In this document: positions 9,450-19,105 of the stretch, piece after piece
How positions within the stretch are numbered: position 1 is the first letter of the stretch
Layout: each line of letters begins with the position of its first letter
IMG/VR virus record: IMGVR_UViG_2663762946_000001
Strand: one strand, 5' to 3'
Length of the DNA: 45,977 nt
Source: a virus
Taxonomy: Duplodnaviria; Heunggongvirae; Uroviricota; Caudoviricetes
Program-made: the position numbers and the translations under genes
The notes under the pieces: generated by a model
Told to the model about the DNA's origin: nothing
The model's database searches: none
The model's input: only the letters and a program-made list of their open reading frames with translations

Positions 9450-9458
9450 AGACAGGGG

Positions 9459-9584
9459 GCTGTATCTCAAAAGTAACGAAAAAGTGTTCTTTCGTGTTGT
9501 CGCTGTATCTCAAAAGTAACGAAAAAGTGTTCTTTCGTGTTGTCGCTGTATCTCAAAAGTAACAAAAAAGTGTTCTTTCGTGTT
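9459..9584 (+). repeat. Three tandem 43-bp direct repeats (iteron-like)
   Basis: GCTGTATCTCAAAAGTAACGAAAAAGTGTTCTTTCGTGTTGTC at 9459 and 9502; third copy at 9545 has one substitution and is 3 bp short. Confidence 0.95.
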
Positions 9585-9741
9585 ACATATAAGAAGACCC
9601 TATACTAGAACACCCTATGAAAAGAAGCTATATAAGCTCAATTCACTAAAGTGAATTTTCTCTTTTACAAATTTGCTCTTATTTTTCTACTCATTTCTCG
9701 CAGTTACACAAGATAATATAATATTAATCAATAGTATTCAT

Positions 9742-9799
9742 GAAAGGTTAATCTATCATCATTTCAAAAGTTAGTGAAATCGTGACAGATTAACCTTTC
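9742..9799. repeat. Long imperfect inverted repeat
   Basis: GAAAGGTTAATCT(9742-9754)/AGATTAACCTTTC(9787-9799) enclosing ATTTCA/TGAAAT. Confidence 0.85.
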
Positions 9800-9836
9800 G
9801 TTTAGTATAATTATAGTATGAAAGGTGTGATAATTT

Positions 9837-10487
9837 TTGAATAATAAGTTATTTGATAAAGAGAAAAAAACGTTCTATGACAGAAGTAAACATATTGACA
9901 GAATCATAAACGAAGAAACTCTAAACAATGAAATTAGGGGAGTTATTAGTAAAAATGGGACTATTGAGGAAACTAATACGGGGAATTATCTAGATAGAAT
10001 TGCTAATTATTTACTAGAAAGTAAAGATCTTCCATCTGGTAGGAAAGTTGAATATGGTTACTATAGAAGTGAAAGAGACTATAGAAGTAATTTCACGACT
10101 GGTCGGAATACCGTACCTATATCTAGTGAAATTATTGAACAGTTAAATGAAATTAGCGTCAATACAAATAAACATATCAACAAAGAATTTATTAAAAGAT
10201 TATTTAATCCTCAAAGCTTATCAGAAGATGATATAAGACGTTTTATTATCAATGGGTGTAATTATACTCAAACTGATTTAGAAGAGCTTAGAGGAGCAAT
10301 CTCGTGGCTCTGGGACGTAATTATAAATGAATGTACAGGACGAGAAAAGGAAGTCATAAAAATGTTTGATGGTGATATCACTGTGAGAGAAATTGCCGAA
10401 AAATCTGAGACGACTTTTCAAAATATTTATAAAATTTTGAAAAATATTTGTAAAAAAACCAAAAAATGGTTGAATAATCCAGAATAA
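9837..10487 (+). CDS. Putative late transcription regulator with C-terminal sigma70 region-4-like HTH
   Basis: CTGREKEVIKMFDGDITVREIAEKSETTFQNIYKILKNICKK; TTG start after AAAGGTG; directly precedes the virion operon. Confidence 0.65.
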   Translation: MNNKLFDKEKKTFYDRSKHIDRIINEETLNNEIRGVISKNGTIEETNTGNYLDRIANYLLESKDLPSGRKVEYGYYRSERDYRSNFTTGRNTVPISSEIIEQLNEISVNTNKHINKEFIKRLFNPQSLSEDDIRRFIINGCNYTQTDLEELRGAISWLWDVIINECTGREKEVIKMFDGDITVREIAEKSETTFQNIYKILKNICKKTKKWLNNPE

Positions 10488-10643
10488 CTCTGCATATATA
10501 GTGTAGGGGTATTATCCCCACACAAATAAACTTTGTGCTACACCTGTTGTTCGATATGATGAATATCGAACTTATGGGGTCTATAAGGGAAAACTCTTAA
10601 AACGACTCCACTACAAATAAACATAATGAAAGAGAGTGAGCGA

Positions 10644-10922
10644 ATGTCAGAAAAAGTTGTATCAAAGAAAGAACTTGTGGCACGTATTGCAGAGAACAAG
10701 GGAACAACAAAAATTGCTGCGCAAGAAGCGCTAGATGCTGTAATTGTCACAATTAAAGATGTGCTTGCAGAACACAAATCAGTCAGTCTTAAGGACTTTT
10801 TACGATTAAATGTGGAATTCAAAGAGGCACATACACGAGTTAACAACTTTACAGGTGGAACTATTAACGTACCTGCAAAATATGTTGTTAAAGCTAAGCC
10901 TAGCAAATCCTTGACGAATTAG
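10644..10922 (+). CDS. hup: HU-family DNA-binding protein
   Basis: SKKELVARIAE..GTTKIAAQEALDAV...V.LKDF.....R..NNFTGGTINVPAKYVVKAKPSKSL; same position as the SPbeta HU gene (yonN); alternative start 10626. Confidence 0.93.
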   Translation: MSEKVVSKKELVARIAENKGTTKIAAQEALDAVIVTIKDVLAEHKSVSLKDFLRLNVEFKEAHTRVNNFTGGTINVPAKYVVKAKPSKSLTN

Positions 10923-11145
10923 TCTGCTAATAATGAGAGTTCATAGAACTCTATAAAACTAGCTTAATGTAAATAAGTGCTTACGCACAATTATCGTAAT
11001 AGATGACGATCTAGATAATTTTGGTAACAAAAGTGTACCCTTTTATTATTTTTACGAAATACTAATAAAAAAATAGTAATTCATGAAAATAATAATAAAA
11101 AACCCTTTTCTGAGTGGTTGGTTTACCGTAATCAGAAAATCACAC

Positions 11146-11235
11146 ACTTGTGTGATTAAAACAGCAGTCAATAAATAAGTCGCCTCCTCAAAAATCCAGA
11201 CCTGAAATATTGACTGTTGTTTTAATCGTATGAGT
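11146..11235 (+). ncRNA. 28-bp RNA stem with 34-nt loop containing CGCCUCCU
   Basis: 11146-11173 pairs contiguously with 11208-11235, including 5 G-U pairs that only work on the + strand. Confidence 0.6.
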
Positions 11236-11257
11236 AGAGAGAAAGAGAGATGAGTAT

Positions 11258-11470
11258 ATGAATAATGGTATTGCAGAAAAAATATTTAATCACATTCTGT
11301 TTATTGAGTCAAAAATCAGTAGGATCGTTCAAGAACGGAAAAGTGAATTAGATATTCATGATATGGCAGATTTAGAGCGTTATTCAAATGCTCTAAAAAA
11401 CCTTAGTATAACTTTGACTAACCTTGAAGAAACAGACTATGCTAAGCTACCCGCGATGGACGAGGTGTAA
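11258..11470 (+). CDS. Small hypothetical phage protein
   Basis: 70-aa ORF in operon orientation, purine-rich RBS, closely coupled to the next gene. Confidence 0.7.
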   Translation: MNNGIAEKIFNHILFIESKISRIVQERKSELDIHDMADLERYSNALKNLSITLTNLEETDYAKLPAMDEV

Positions 11471-11472
11471 TT

Positions 11473-12273
11473 ATGGCTAGAAATTACACATGTATAATTT
11501 GTAAACAAAATAAGGGTGAAAGAACATTCGTAAAGCATAAAAATAACTTATTAAATAGCGATTTTTCTATTTGTAAAAATTGTGCTAATGGGCTAGTTGA
11601 AAAAGGCGGTAAAAATGCTGCAATTTCAATATGTCAATTAATGAATGTTGCATATATCGAAAAGTCTTATAGAGAAATAATCGAAGATGCAGAAGGGAAT
11701 TTTACAGATTACCTGCAAAAAATAGCACCTTATAAAAAATATGTATTTTTTAGTGATTCTGTTTTTACAGATAATGAAAGCCAAAGCGCACGGAGTAGTT
11801 TTGTCGTTACTGATGAAATCATGAATAAGTGGGGCGGAGATCATACAGAAGATGAGTACTTCAATCTTGAAGCTTCGTTGCAAAACTTAATCAATATAAA
11901 AGTACCTAATACAACATTTGAACTTATGAGATATAGACAGAATGTTAAATTAGAAGCTGCTCTCAATGAAAGTTTAGCTGAAGGTGATAGTAACAGTATC
12001 ACTAAACTAAGAAAAGCTTATTCAGATGATTTGAAAGATCTGGGTCTAGATACATTGTTAAATTCAAAAGACGATGGAACACAAACTTTGGGTGAAAGAA
12101 CAAAAGATTGGGAGAGTCATGCTCCTATTCCAGAACCTAAAGGGTCGGAAGATGTCGAAAATATAAAAGAATATATTGAAAAATGGTTTGTTGTCCCAAT
12201 GAAAAGAGTATTTGGGGTTGCCACCGAAGAGGAGGTGGACAGCTTATACGATGAACGGAAAAAAGAAGAATGA
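11473..12273 (+). CDS. Zn-finger protein upstream of terminase (candidate small terminase)
   Basis: CIIC...CKNC; GAGGTG RBS; overlaps the terL start. Confidence 0.6.
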   Translation: MARNYTCIICKQNKGERTFVKHKNNLLNSDFSICKNCANGLVEKGGKNAAISICQLMNVAYIEKSYREIIEDAEGNFTDYLQKIAPYKKYVFFSDSVFTDNESQSARSSFVVTDEIMNKWGGDHTEDEYFNLEASLQNLINIKVPNTTFELMRYRQNVKLEAALNESLAEGDSNSITKLRKAYSDDLKDLGLDTLLNSKDDGTQTLGERTKDWESHAPIPEPKGSEDVENIKEYIEKWFVVPMKRVFGVATEEEVDSLYDERKKEE

Positions 12274-14011
12274 AACTAAACAAGATGGCTATCTTCATAT
12301 AAAAGAAGAAAACATGATGAAGTGGGTAGGTTATTGGCGTAAGAATCCACAAAAATTTGTTACGGATTATCTTGGAATGAACTTGTTTCTATATCAAAAG
12401 ATATTGATGTATATGATGGGTAAAATTGACTTCTTTATGTACATCGCAGCTCGTGGGCAAGGTAAAAGTTACTTAATTGCTATCTTTTGCATAGTCAGAT
12501 CAATATTATATCCAAGTTCGAATATTATATTGGCATCAGGAACAAGAGGACAAGCATCAAAAATTATTACCGAAAAAATAGTGTCTCTTTACAATAATTA
12601 TCCAGCAGTTAGGTATGAAATAGGAGACATAAAGAATATCAAGAATTCAATTAATGATACATCGGTTACTTTCCCAAATGGTTCAAAGATACAAGCAGTC
12701 ACATCAAATGATAATGCTCGTGGACTTCGCGGGAACATATTGGTAGTAGATGAATTCCGTCTTGTAAAGAAAGACGTTGTAGATAAAATATTGAAACCTA
12801 TGCTTAATGTTAATAGACATCCTGCTTTTATGGATTTGCCAGAATATAAAGATGTACCAACAGAAGAAAATAAAGAACTATATATATCCTCTGCTTGGTA
12901 TAAAACAAACTGGATATGGGACAGTTTTAAAGATTTTGTAAAAAAGATGATAAAAAATCAAAATACATTTGTAGTTGATTTGCCTTATCAGTTATCTATA
13001 AAACACAAATTACTTTCTCAAGATCGTGTTATGCAACAACGTTCTGCAGAGAATATGGATCAGACAGGGTTTGCCATGGAATACGAAGCATTGTTTGTTG
13101 GTGAAAACGATAAAGCCTATTACAAATTAGCTCCTTTAAACAAAATAAGGACAATAAATAAAACTTTTATGCCACCAACGGATATGGAATTCATTGAAAA
13201 TAAAGCAAGATCCAATCCTAAGAAATTAAGTAACTTAAAAAGAATTGATAATTCTGAAATTCGTCTTGTAGCGTTGGATATTGCTTTGATGGGTGGAAAT
13301 AAGAATGTAAAGAATGATACTTCAGCCTTTACGTGTTTTAGATTAATTAAAGACGGAGACGAATACAGGAGAGATATTGTTTATCTTGAGAGTATACAGC
13401 AGTCGATTGCAACTGAAGATTTAGCCATAAGACTTAAGCAACTGTATTACGATTTTGAGGCAGATTATGTTGTTATGGATGCTAATGGTAATGGATTAGG
13501 TGTTTTTGATGCCTGTTGTAGAGTTTTATATGACAAAAATCGTGATACTGAATACCCTGCCTGGGCTTGCGTTAATGATCAAGCTACGAATGAACGTAAT
13601 AAAACCGATGGATTGAAAATGGTTTATACAGTTAAAGCAAATGCACAGTTTAATCATGAAATTGCAGTTCAATTAAAAACGGTTATTGAAAATGGAAAGC
13701 TTAGACTTCCAATGAATGATATTGAAAAACGTGAAGAATTAGTTTCTGAAGGTGGCTTTGTAAAGAAATCAGCAGAGGAACAACATAGAGATCTTTATGC
13801 TTATCAACAGGCATCTGCTTTGGTAAATGAGCTTGTCAATTTAGAATATGATATTCGTGATGGTGGATATATCAGAATTCATGAAGTCGGAAGCACAACA
13901 AAAGATAGATACAGTTCAATTGCATACGGAAATTATTATGCAAATGAATTTGAAAAAAAGCTAAAAGATAATTATTCAGATAAAGATTTACTAAATTATT
14001 TAATGATGTAG
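12251..14011 (+). CDS. terL: Terminase large subunit
   Basis: Walker A AARGQGKS, ARGLRGN, Walker B LVVDEFR, nuclease motifs VALDIA, VMDANGNG, KDRYSS; start 12251 ATG or 12212 TTG. Confidence 0.93.
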   Translation: MNGKKKNETKQDGYLHIKEENMMKWVGYWRKNPQKFVTDYLGMNLFLYQKILMYMMGKIDFFMYIAARGQGKSYLIAIFCIVRSILYPSSNIILASGTRGQASKIITEKIVSLYNNYPAVRYEIGDIKNIKNSINDTSVTFPNGSKIQAVTSNDNARGLRGNILVVDEFRLVKKDVVDKILKPMLNVNRHPAFMDLPEYKDVPTEENKELYISSAWYKTNWIWDSFKDFVKKMIKNQNTFVVDLPYQLSIKHKLLSQDRVMQQRSAENMDQTGFAMEYEALFVGENDKAYYKLAPLNKIRTINKTFMPPTDMEFIENKARSNPKKLSNLKRIDNSEIRLVALDIALMGGNKNVKNDTSAFTCFRLIKDGDEYRRDIVYLESIQQSIATEDLAIRLKQLYYDFEADYVVMDANGNGLGVFDACCRVLYDKNRDTEYPAWACVNDQATNERNKTDGLKMVYTVKANAQFNHEIAVQLKTVIENGKLRLPMNDIEKREELVSEGGFVKKSAEEQHRDLYAYQQASALVNELVNLEYDIRDGGYIRIHEVGSTTKDRYSSIAYGNYYANEFEKKLKDNYSDKDLLNYLMM

Positions 14012-14021
14012 AGGTGAGAAA

Positions 14022-15524
14022 GTGCCAAATAATTTTGCAAGAAATAAACTGCGAAATGATAAACGAAGACAGTACAGAAACAATGTAAAAGATGTAAGAA
14101 AAACGAATCAAGCTTTTGCTGATGCCTTCGCTGATCCTAGAGCAAGAATATCCTCTACATCTTCTGCAAGCACAAATAAAGAGAATATTTTAAATTTTCT
14201 CAAGAATCCAACAAGTAATACTGGTTCAATTGCTGCTACTATGCGTGGTGCTTATGTAAAAAATGGATTAATTACTAGAGTGGTTGATTATTATCAATCT
14301 ATTCCAACTTTTAATTATTCAGTATATCCAGTGATGGGTAATAAAATTTACGATTTAGAAGGAAATTTATCACAGGATTATATAGATATTGCCTATGGGG
14401 TTTCGCAGTTTAATATTAGATATTACGCCCCATTCTTTTTAAAAGAAATGCTACTAAACGGAGTGTGTTATGTATATCAAATACAAGATAATACAGGGGT
14501 TGCATATATTGAATTTCCAGTGGAATGGTGTGAGATTGCTCAACAGACAAATGGTGTCTATAGATATTATCTAGATATGAGTAAGTTTAATGATGACACA
14601 TCGGCAGGTATGCCCACAGAAATTCAACAAGCTTATGCAGATTATAAGAGTGGAAATAATAAAGACACGACACAATGGTACAACAATAAAATGTATCTTT
14701 TATCTAATAAAGGAGTCGCCTTCACAATGGATTTAACCTCATTAAATAATGGTGGGGTAGCGATTTCTCCTTTTGCTGGTTTGTTATTAGATAGTGTTTC
14801 GATGGATCAAGCGAAAGAAAACATAGATATTCAAGACACGATTGACAATATGCGTATTGTCCATTCAAAGATACCTTTAAACAGTGATAGTAAACCTGCT
14901 ATGAATGTAGAAACTGCTAAAATTTACGATGCTGCCATGCGTAGTAGGTTGCCAGCAGGTGTTGTATCAATTACATCACCAAATAATTTAACCAATGTTC
15001 CTTTAAATAATGCAGGAGTAACAAGTGCTTATGACACTTTAAACAAGAGTGCTAAACAAATATTTTATGATTTAGGTGTCCCAGAATCAATATTTGGGGG
15101 TTCAACCACATCAGCAAATATCGTAAAAGACTCATTGCAAAAGGACGCTAATTGGATATATACAAATGTATTCCCGCTTTTTGAAAATTACTATAACTTA
15201 TTATTAACAAGTATCAAAACTAAAACAAAAGTAGGTTGGAGATTCAAATTTGTAAGACAATCAAATTTCAGTTTGAAAGATGATATCGCAATCGTTAAAG
15301 ACCAACTAAGTTTTGGAGGTTCACGTTTGGACTATCTGGCCTCATGTGGATTAGATCCAATAGAAATTATATCTAAATTACAGTTCGAGCAGAATGTGCT
15401 AAATATAGATAATCTAATGGTTGTGAAGCCAACTTCTAATACTTTATCTGGAAGTCAACAATCTGCTGAAACTGGAAGACCAGAGACAGATGAGCCTACG
15501 GATGATACAGATAGGTTATCGTAA
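14022..15524 (+). CDS. Portal protein
   Basis: 500 aa directly after terL; GAGGTG RBS with GTG start; LGVPESIFGG and C-terminal GRP motif. Confidence 0.8.
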   Translation: MPNNFARNKLRNDKRRQYRNNVKDVRKTNQAFADAFADPRARISSTSSASTNKENILNFLKNPTSNTGSIAATMRGAYVKNGLITRVVDYYQSIPTFNYSVYPVMGNKIYDLEGNLSQDYIDIAYGVSQFNIRYYAPFFLKEMLLNGVCYVYQIQDNTGVAYIEFPVEWCEIAQQTNGVYRYYLDMSKFNDDTSAGMPTEIQQAYADYKSGNNKDTTQWYNNKMYLLSNKGVAFTMDLTSLNNGGVAISPFAGLLLDSVSMDQAKENIDIQDTIDNMRIVHSKIPLNSDSKPAMNVETAKIYDAAMRSRLPAGVVSITSPNNLTNVPLNNAGVTSAYDTLNKSAKQIFYDLGVPESIFGGSTTSANIVKDSLQKDANWIYTNVFPLFENYYNLLLTSIKTKTKVGWRFKFVRQSNFSLKDDIAIVKDQLSFGGSRLDYLASCGLDPIEIISKLQFEQNVLNIDNLMVVKPTSNTLSGSQQSAETGRPETDEPTDDTDRLS

Positions 15525-15547
15525 TAAATTCGTTAGGTGGTGAAAAA

Positions 15548-16996
15548 ATGGTAAGGATAGATAGTATAGCAACGCCTACAAGATTTGAAAAAGTCGAACA
15601 GGACATGACTGATGACGGAAGATTTCAGAAAGTTAAGATATATGTTGCTTATACAGGAGAAAATTTAAATAATTCAGTATTTTCTGAAGAGGTACTACTT
15701 GATGCGGCAAAAACACTTCCTTATGTACCGATTCTAGGATACATCAAAGCAGATGGTAAAGATGAAGATTTTGGTGGACATGAAAAACAATATAAATTAA
15801 ATGAAGATGGGACTGTCAAAATTGAATTTAATACTAAGGCTTACGGTTTTGTAGCAGAAGATAACGATGCTCATATGGAGACATCGGGAGGAAAAGATTG
15901 GCTTGTCTGTTATGGATATTTATGGACAAGATTTACTGATTCAATAGATATTTTTGATGAGTCAGGTGGAACTAAAGGGCATTCAATGGAAATCATTGAT
16001 GCTGATGCCTATGTTGATTCAGAGGGGAGAGTAGTCTTTACTAAAGCAAAATTTTCTGGTCTTTGTATCTTGGGAGATGGGGCTACTCCTGCTATGACAG
16101 GATCAACAATTAGTACAAATTTTTCTAATGACAAGATACAAAATGATATTAGGGAAATGATTAAAGAATTTACAAAGGAGAAAGGAGTGGAATTGATGTC
16201 TGCTAAAGATTTGAACAAAGATGTAGATAACAAGGAAAATGAAGTAGTTGACAATGAAGTCGGAAACGAAGAAGAATCAGAAAATACTACGGAAGTGACT
16301 TCTGAGGAAGAAACAGCAAAGAACAAGGATAAAGTCGAAGATAACAATAAAGAAAACGAGGACGAAGATTCTAAAAAAGGTGATAAAGAAAAAGATAAGA
16401 AAAATGAAAAATCACAATTTGAATTGTCTTTTGAAGATACTCGTAACAAACTTTATGCGGTTTTAAATGATAACTCTTCAGATCTTTATTACTCTATTTT
16501 TGAAACATTTGATGGTTATTTTATGTGTGCTTTATATGACTGGGATTCAGATGCCGATACACGATATTTCAAAATTAATTATTCTATTAGTGATAACGAA
16601 GAAGTAACAGTAGATTTACAAAATAAGGTTGAAGTATTCCCTATCTATGCAACTAAAGAAGAGAAAGATAATATTGAGAATAATAGAACAAAGGTTACTG
16701 AGTTACAAGAAGAATTGGCTAATTTACAAGCTTACCAACGAGGAGAAGAAATGTCTCTTAAAGAAGAAATGTTAAATAAGGTTGAGGAACGTCTAGGAAA
16801 TGAACAAATCAACAGGATAAAAGGGCAATTTGAAAAGCTTACTCCAAAAGAAGTAGAGAAAGAAATTGCTTATGCGATTTTTCAAAATGAGAAGGACGCA
16901 AAAAAAGAAGGGGCAACCGTGTTTACAAGAAACAATGTTGTCGAACAAAAAGGGAAATATGGCCCAGAAGTAGATAAGTATTTTGTAAAAAAATAG
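15548..16996 (+). CDS. Prohead protease/scaffold fusion
   Basis: GENLNNSVF, GGHE, GYLW, HSMEI, GLCILG...PAM protease-like N-half; acidic linker and coiled-coil C-half. Confidence 0.8.
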   Translation: MVRIDSIATPTRFEKVEQDMTDDGRFQKVKIYVAYTGENLNNSVFSEEVLLDAAKTLPYVPILGYIKADGKDEDFGGHEKQYKLNEDGTVKIEFNTKAYGFVAEDNDAHMETSGGKDWLVCYGYLWTRFTDSIDIFDESGGTKGHSMEIIDADAYVDSEGRVVFTKAKFSGLCILGDGATPAMTGSTISTNFSNDKIQNDIREMIKEFTKEKGVELMSAKDLNKDVDNKENEVVDNEVGNEEESENTTEVTSEEETAKNKDKVEDNNKENEDEDSKKGDKEKDKKNEKSQFELSFEDTRNKLYAVLNDNSSDLYYSIFETFDGYFMCALYDWDSDADTRYFKINYSISDNEEVTVDLQNKVEVFPIYATKEEKDNIENNRTKVTELQEELANLQAYQRGEEMSLKEEMLNKVEERLGNEQINRIKGQFEKLTPKEVEKEIAYAIFQNEKDAKKEGATVFTRNNVVEQKGKYGPEVDKYFVKK

Positions 16997-17020
16997 CAAA
17001 TAAGAAAGGTAGTGTATTGA

Positions 17021-17479
17021 ATGAGTAAAGTATTTTTAGATAAAATTTCAGCAACAGCACATATTGAGTCGGTTGTTGGGACAACGGATTTTTCAAATGG
17101 TCAATTCTTGGAACTAGGAGTCTTAGAATCAGATGGAGAAAGTCGTGCAGTAAAACCAGCTAATTCAGAGGAAACAGCAGAAGTACTATTAGCACACGCT
17201 CCGATTGATTATGGTTATCCAGATTTCGATCTAGCAAAATGGAAATTGGAAGCTGGAAAGATTGGTCGTGCTTACCATCTACAAAAAGGTGATGTTATCG
17301 AAGTTACAACTGATTTGGTAGCCGATGCTGATAAAGTAACCGTAGGTGCAAACTTAACAATTGGGGAGAATGGCCTTGGGTTTAAGGCAGCAGCAGCAGA
17401 CGCTCGTGGAATTGCCAGATTAATTAGCAAAGAATCACAAGGTTTTGATGGCGATGTTTGCGTAATTGCAATTCTCTAG
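17021..17479 (+). CDS. Head decoration/capsid-associated protein
   Basis: 152 aa between protease and capsid genes; AAAGG RBS. Confidence 0.6.
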   Translation: MSKVFLDKISATAHIESVVGTTDFSNGQFLELGVLESDGESRAVKPANSEETAEVLLAHAPIDYGYPDFDLAKWKLEAGKIGRAYHLQKGDVIEVTTDLVADADKVTVGANLTIGENGLGFKAAAADARGIARLISKESQGFDGDVCVIAIL

Positions 17480-17512
17480 AAATAAACATAATGAAAGAAA
17501 TGAGGGAAAAGA

Positions 17513-18493
17513 ATGAAAAATGAAGGCTTAAAGCAATTAGCACGTGATTTATACCACAAGAAAGATCTTGAATTTGAGGGAGTAAGTGGGAATCAGGCAT
17601 TGCGCAATATGATAATGGAAAAAGTTGGTGGCGAATTTGACTACTACAGCTTTGAGAAACACAAAACAGAGGTTTTTGAAATCTTATCAGTTGCGGTTGA
17701 CGCAGTAGTTCCAGAAATCTTAACAAATCAATTCGATAACTTAGCAGATGTCCGTAATGTCCCACTTGGGCAAAAACCAGTATTCCGTGTAGAAGATCCA
17801 CGTATTATCCGTGTAGCTAAGATTGCTTCGGGTTCACAAGATCTTCGCAGACAGACTGTTACAAGTAGAAAATATACGATTGAAACAGACTGGTTCGGTG
17901 CAAAGGTATATGCAGAATTTGAACAATTTATGAATGGGGAAATTGACTGGTCTAAACTTGTTGACAATGTTTCAAAGGGATTTTCTAGTTATATTGAATC
18001 AGCAATTGGTGAAGCATTTACTAGTTCATATTCAGGATTAAGTTCAAATGACAAGTTTACTGGTAAGTTGACTCTTGAAACATTGGTAAACTTAGCACAA
18101 CGTATTCAAGTTAAATCAGGAACACCAGTAGCAGTTTATGGGACAAAGTTAGGATTAGCACGTGCGGCTGCATTAGTTGATAAGTCAGATGTAATGAAAG
18201 ATGAATTTAATAAATTGGGTTACATTGGTACGATCAGCGGTATTCAATTAATTGAAATTCCACAAGCTTTCAAAGTAAATACAAATGATTTTGCTTTAGA
18301 TGACAACTCATTATTGATCTTGCCACAAAACGAAAAGATTGTTGGAGTTGTCATGGAAGGTCAGTCGATTGTTAAAGAAATTGATAATACAGATCGTAAT
18401 GATATGCAATTAGGTTTCACAACATTAAAGAAAATTGGTATTTCCGTACTTCAAATGAAGGTATATGGAATGATCAATATGAACAACGCTTAG
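17513..18493 (+). CDS. Major capsid protein
   Basis: 326 aa at the expected position; ADVRNVPLGQKPVF, VYGTKLGL, LIEIPQ segments typical of SPbeta-like capsids. Confidence 0.82.
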   Translation: MKNEGLKQLARDLYHKKDLEFEGVSGNQALRNMIMEKVGGEFDYYSFEKHKTEVFEILSVAVDAVVPEILTNQFDNLADVRNVPLGQKPVFRVEDPRIIRVAKIASGSQDLRRQTVTSRKYTIETDWFGAKVYAEFEQFMNGEIDWSKLVDNVSKGFSSYIESAIGEAFTSSYSGLSSNDKFTGKLTLETLVNLAQRIQVKSGTPVAVYGTKLGLARAAALVDKSDVMKDEFNKLGYIGTISGIQLIEIPQAFKVNTNDFALDDNSLLILPQNEKIVGVVMEGQSIVKEIDNTDRNDMQLGFTTLKKIGISVLQMKVYGMINMNNA

Positions 18494-18528
18494 TTTTACT
18501 AAGTTAAAAGCGAAGGGAGAGAGCGATA

Positions 18529-19092
18529 ATGTCAAATACAAATAGAAGAGAACATCGTAAATTAATAGATAAAGATACTGAAATTTATATTCAAAATAAT
18601 ACACATGGGTCATATTTTTGGGAGTCCCCTCACAAAACTTCAATGGTGAAATTTGAAGGACAAGGAGATGAGGATATTATGACATTCGGTGATTTGCGTG
18701 TAATGGTAGCGCAATCACGTAAATTATTTAAGGATATGCGATTGATTATATCAGAAGTGATAGATGATGAATATACCATATTGGATGTCGCAAAAGCTTT
18801 GCATTTAGATGATACGTATAATTCATATTTTGATGATTTACTTGATCTAGGCGCAAAAAATATTGACACGAGTTACCGTATTGATGCTGAAGATATCGTA
18901 TTTTTTATTCAAGAATCTGATATGGGTGATTTTAAGAAAGTACTGAAAACCAATTTGAAAAATACACTTATTGAGACAACTATGTCTATGAATACGGTGG
19001 ATAGCAACAAATCTGATACAGTTGCTAAATTGGTAAATACTAATATGGATGACGATATTTTAAGTGACATTAAAGCCTCTCAGGTGGGTTAG
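18529..19092 (+). CDS. Hypothetical virion-operon protein
   Basis: ORF with RBS directly after the capsid gene. Confidence 0.7.
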   Translation: MSNTNRREHRKLIDKDTEIYIQNNTHGSYFWESPHKTSMVKFEGQGDEDIMTFGDLRVMVAQSRKLFKDMRLIISEVIDDEYTILDVAKALHLDDTYNSYFDDLLDLGAKNIDTSYRIDAEDIVFFIQESDMGDFKKVLKTNLKNTLIETTMSMNTVDSNKSDTVAKLVNTNMDDDILSDIKASQVG

Positions 19093-19105
19093 GGGGAATT
19101 AATCA

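Noticed and set aside
9459..9584. CRISPR array
   Set aside because: Units are head-to-tail with no unique spacers, and there are no cas genes
11052..11171. 39-aa hydrophobic minus-strand ORF (TTG start, AGGAGG 11 nt upstream) as a type I toxin
   Set aside because: Hydrophobicity is explained by AT-rich hairpin sequence, no promoter was found and G-U pairs favour + strand RNA; not fully excluded
12251..14011. Intron or intein in terminase
   Set aside because: Single uninterrupted ORF of normal length without splicing or homing-endonuclease motifs
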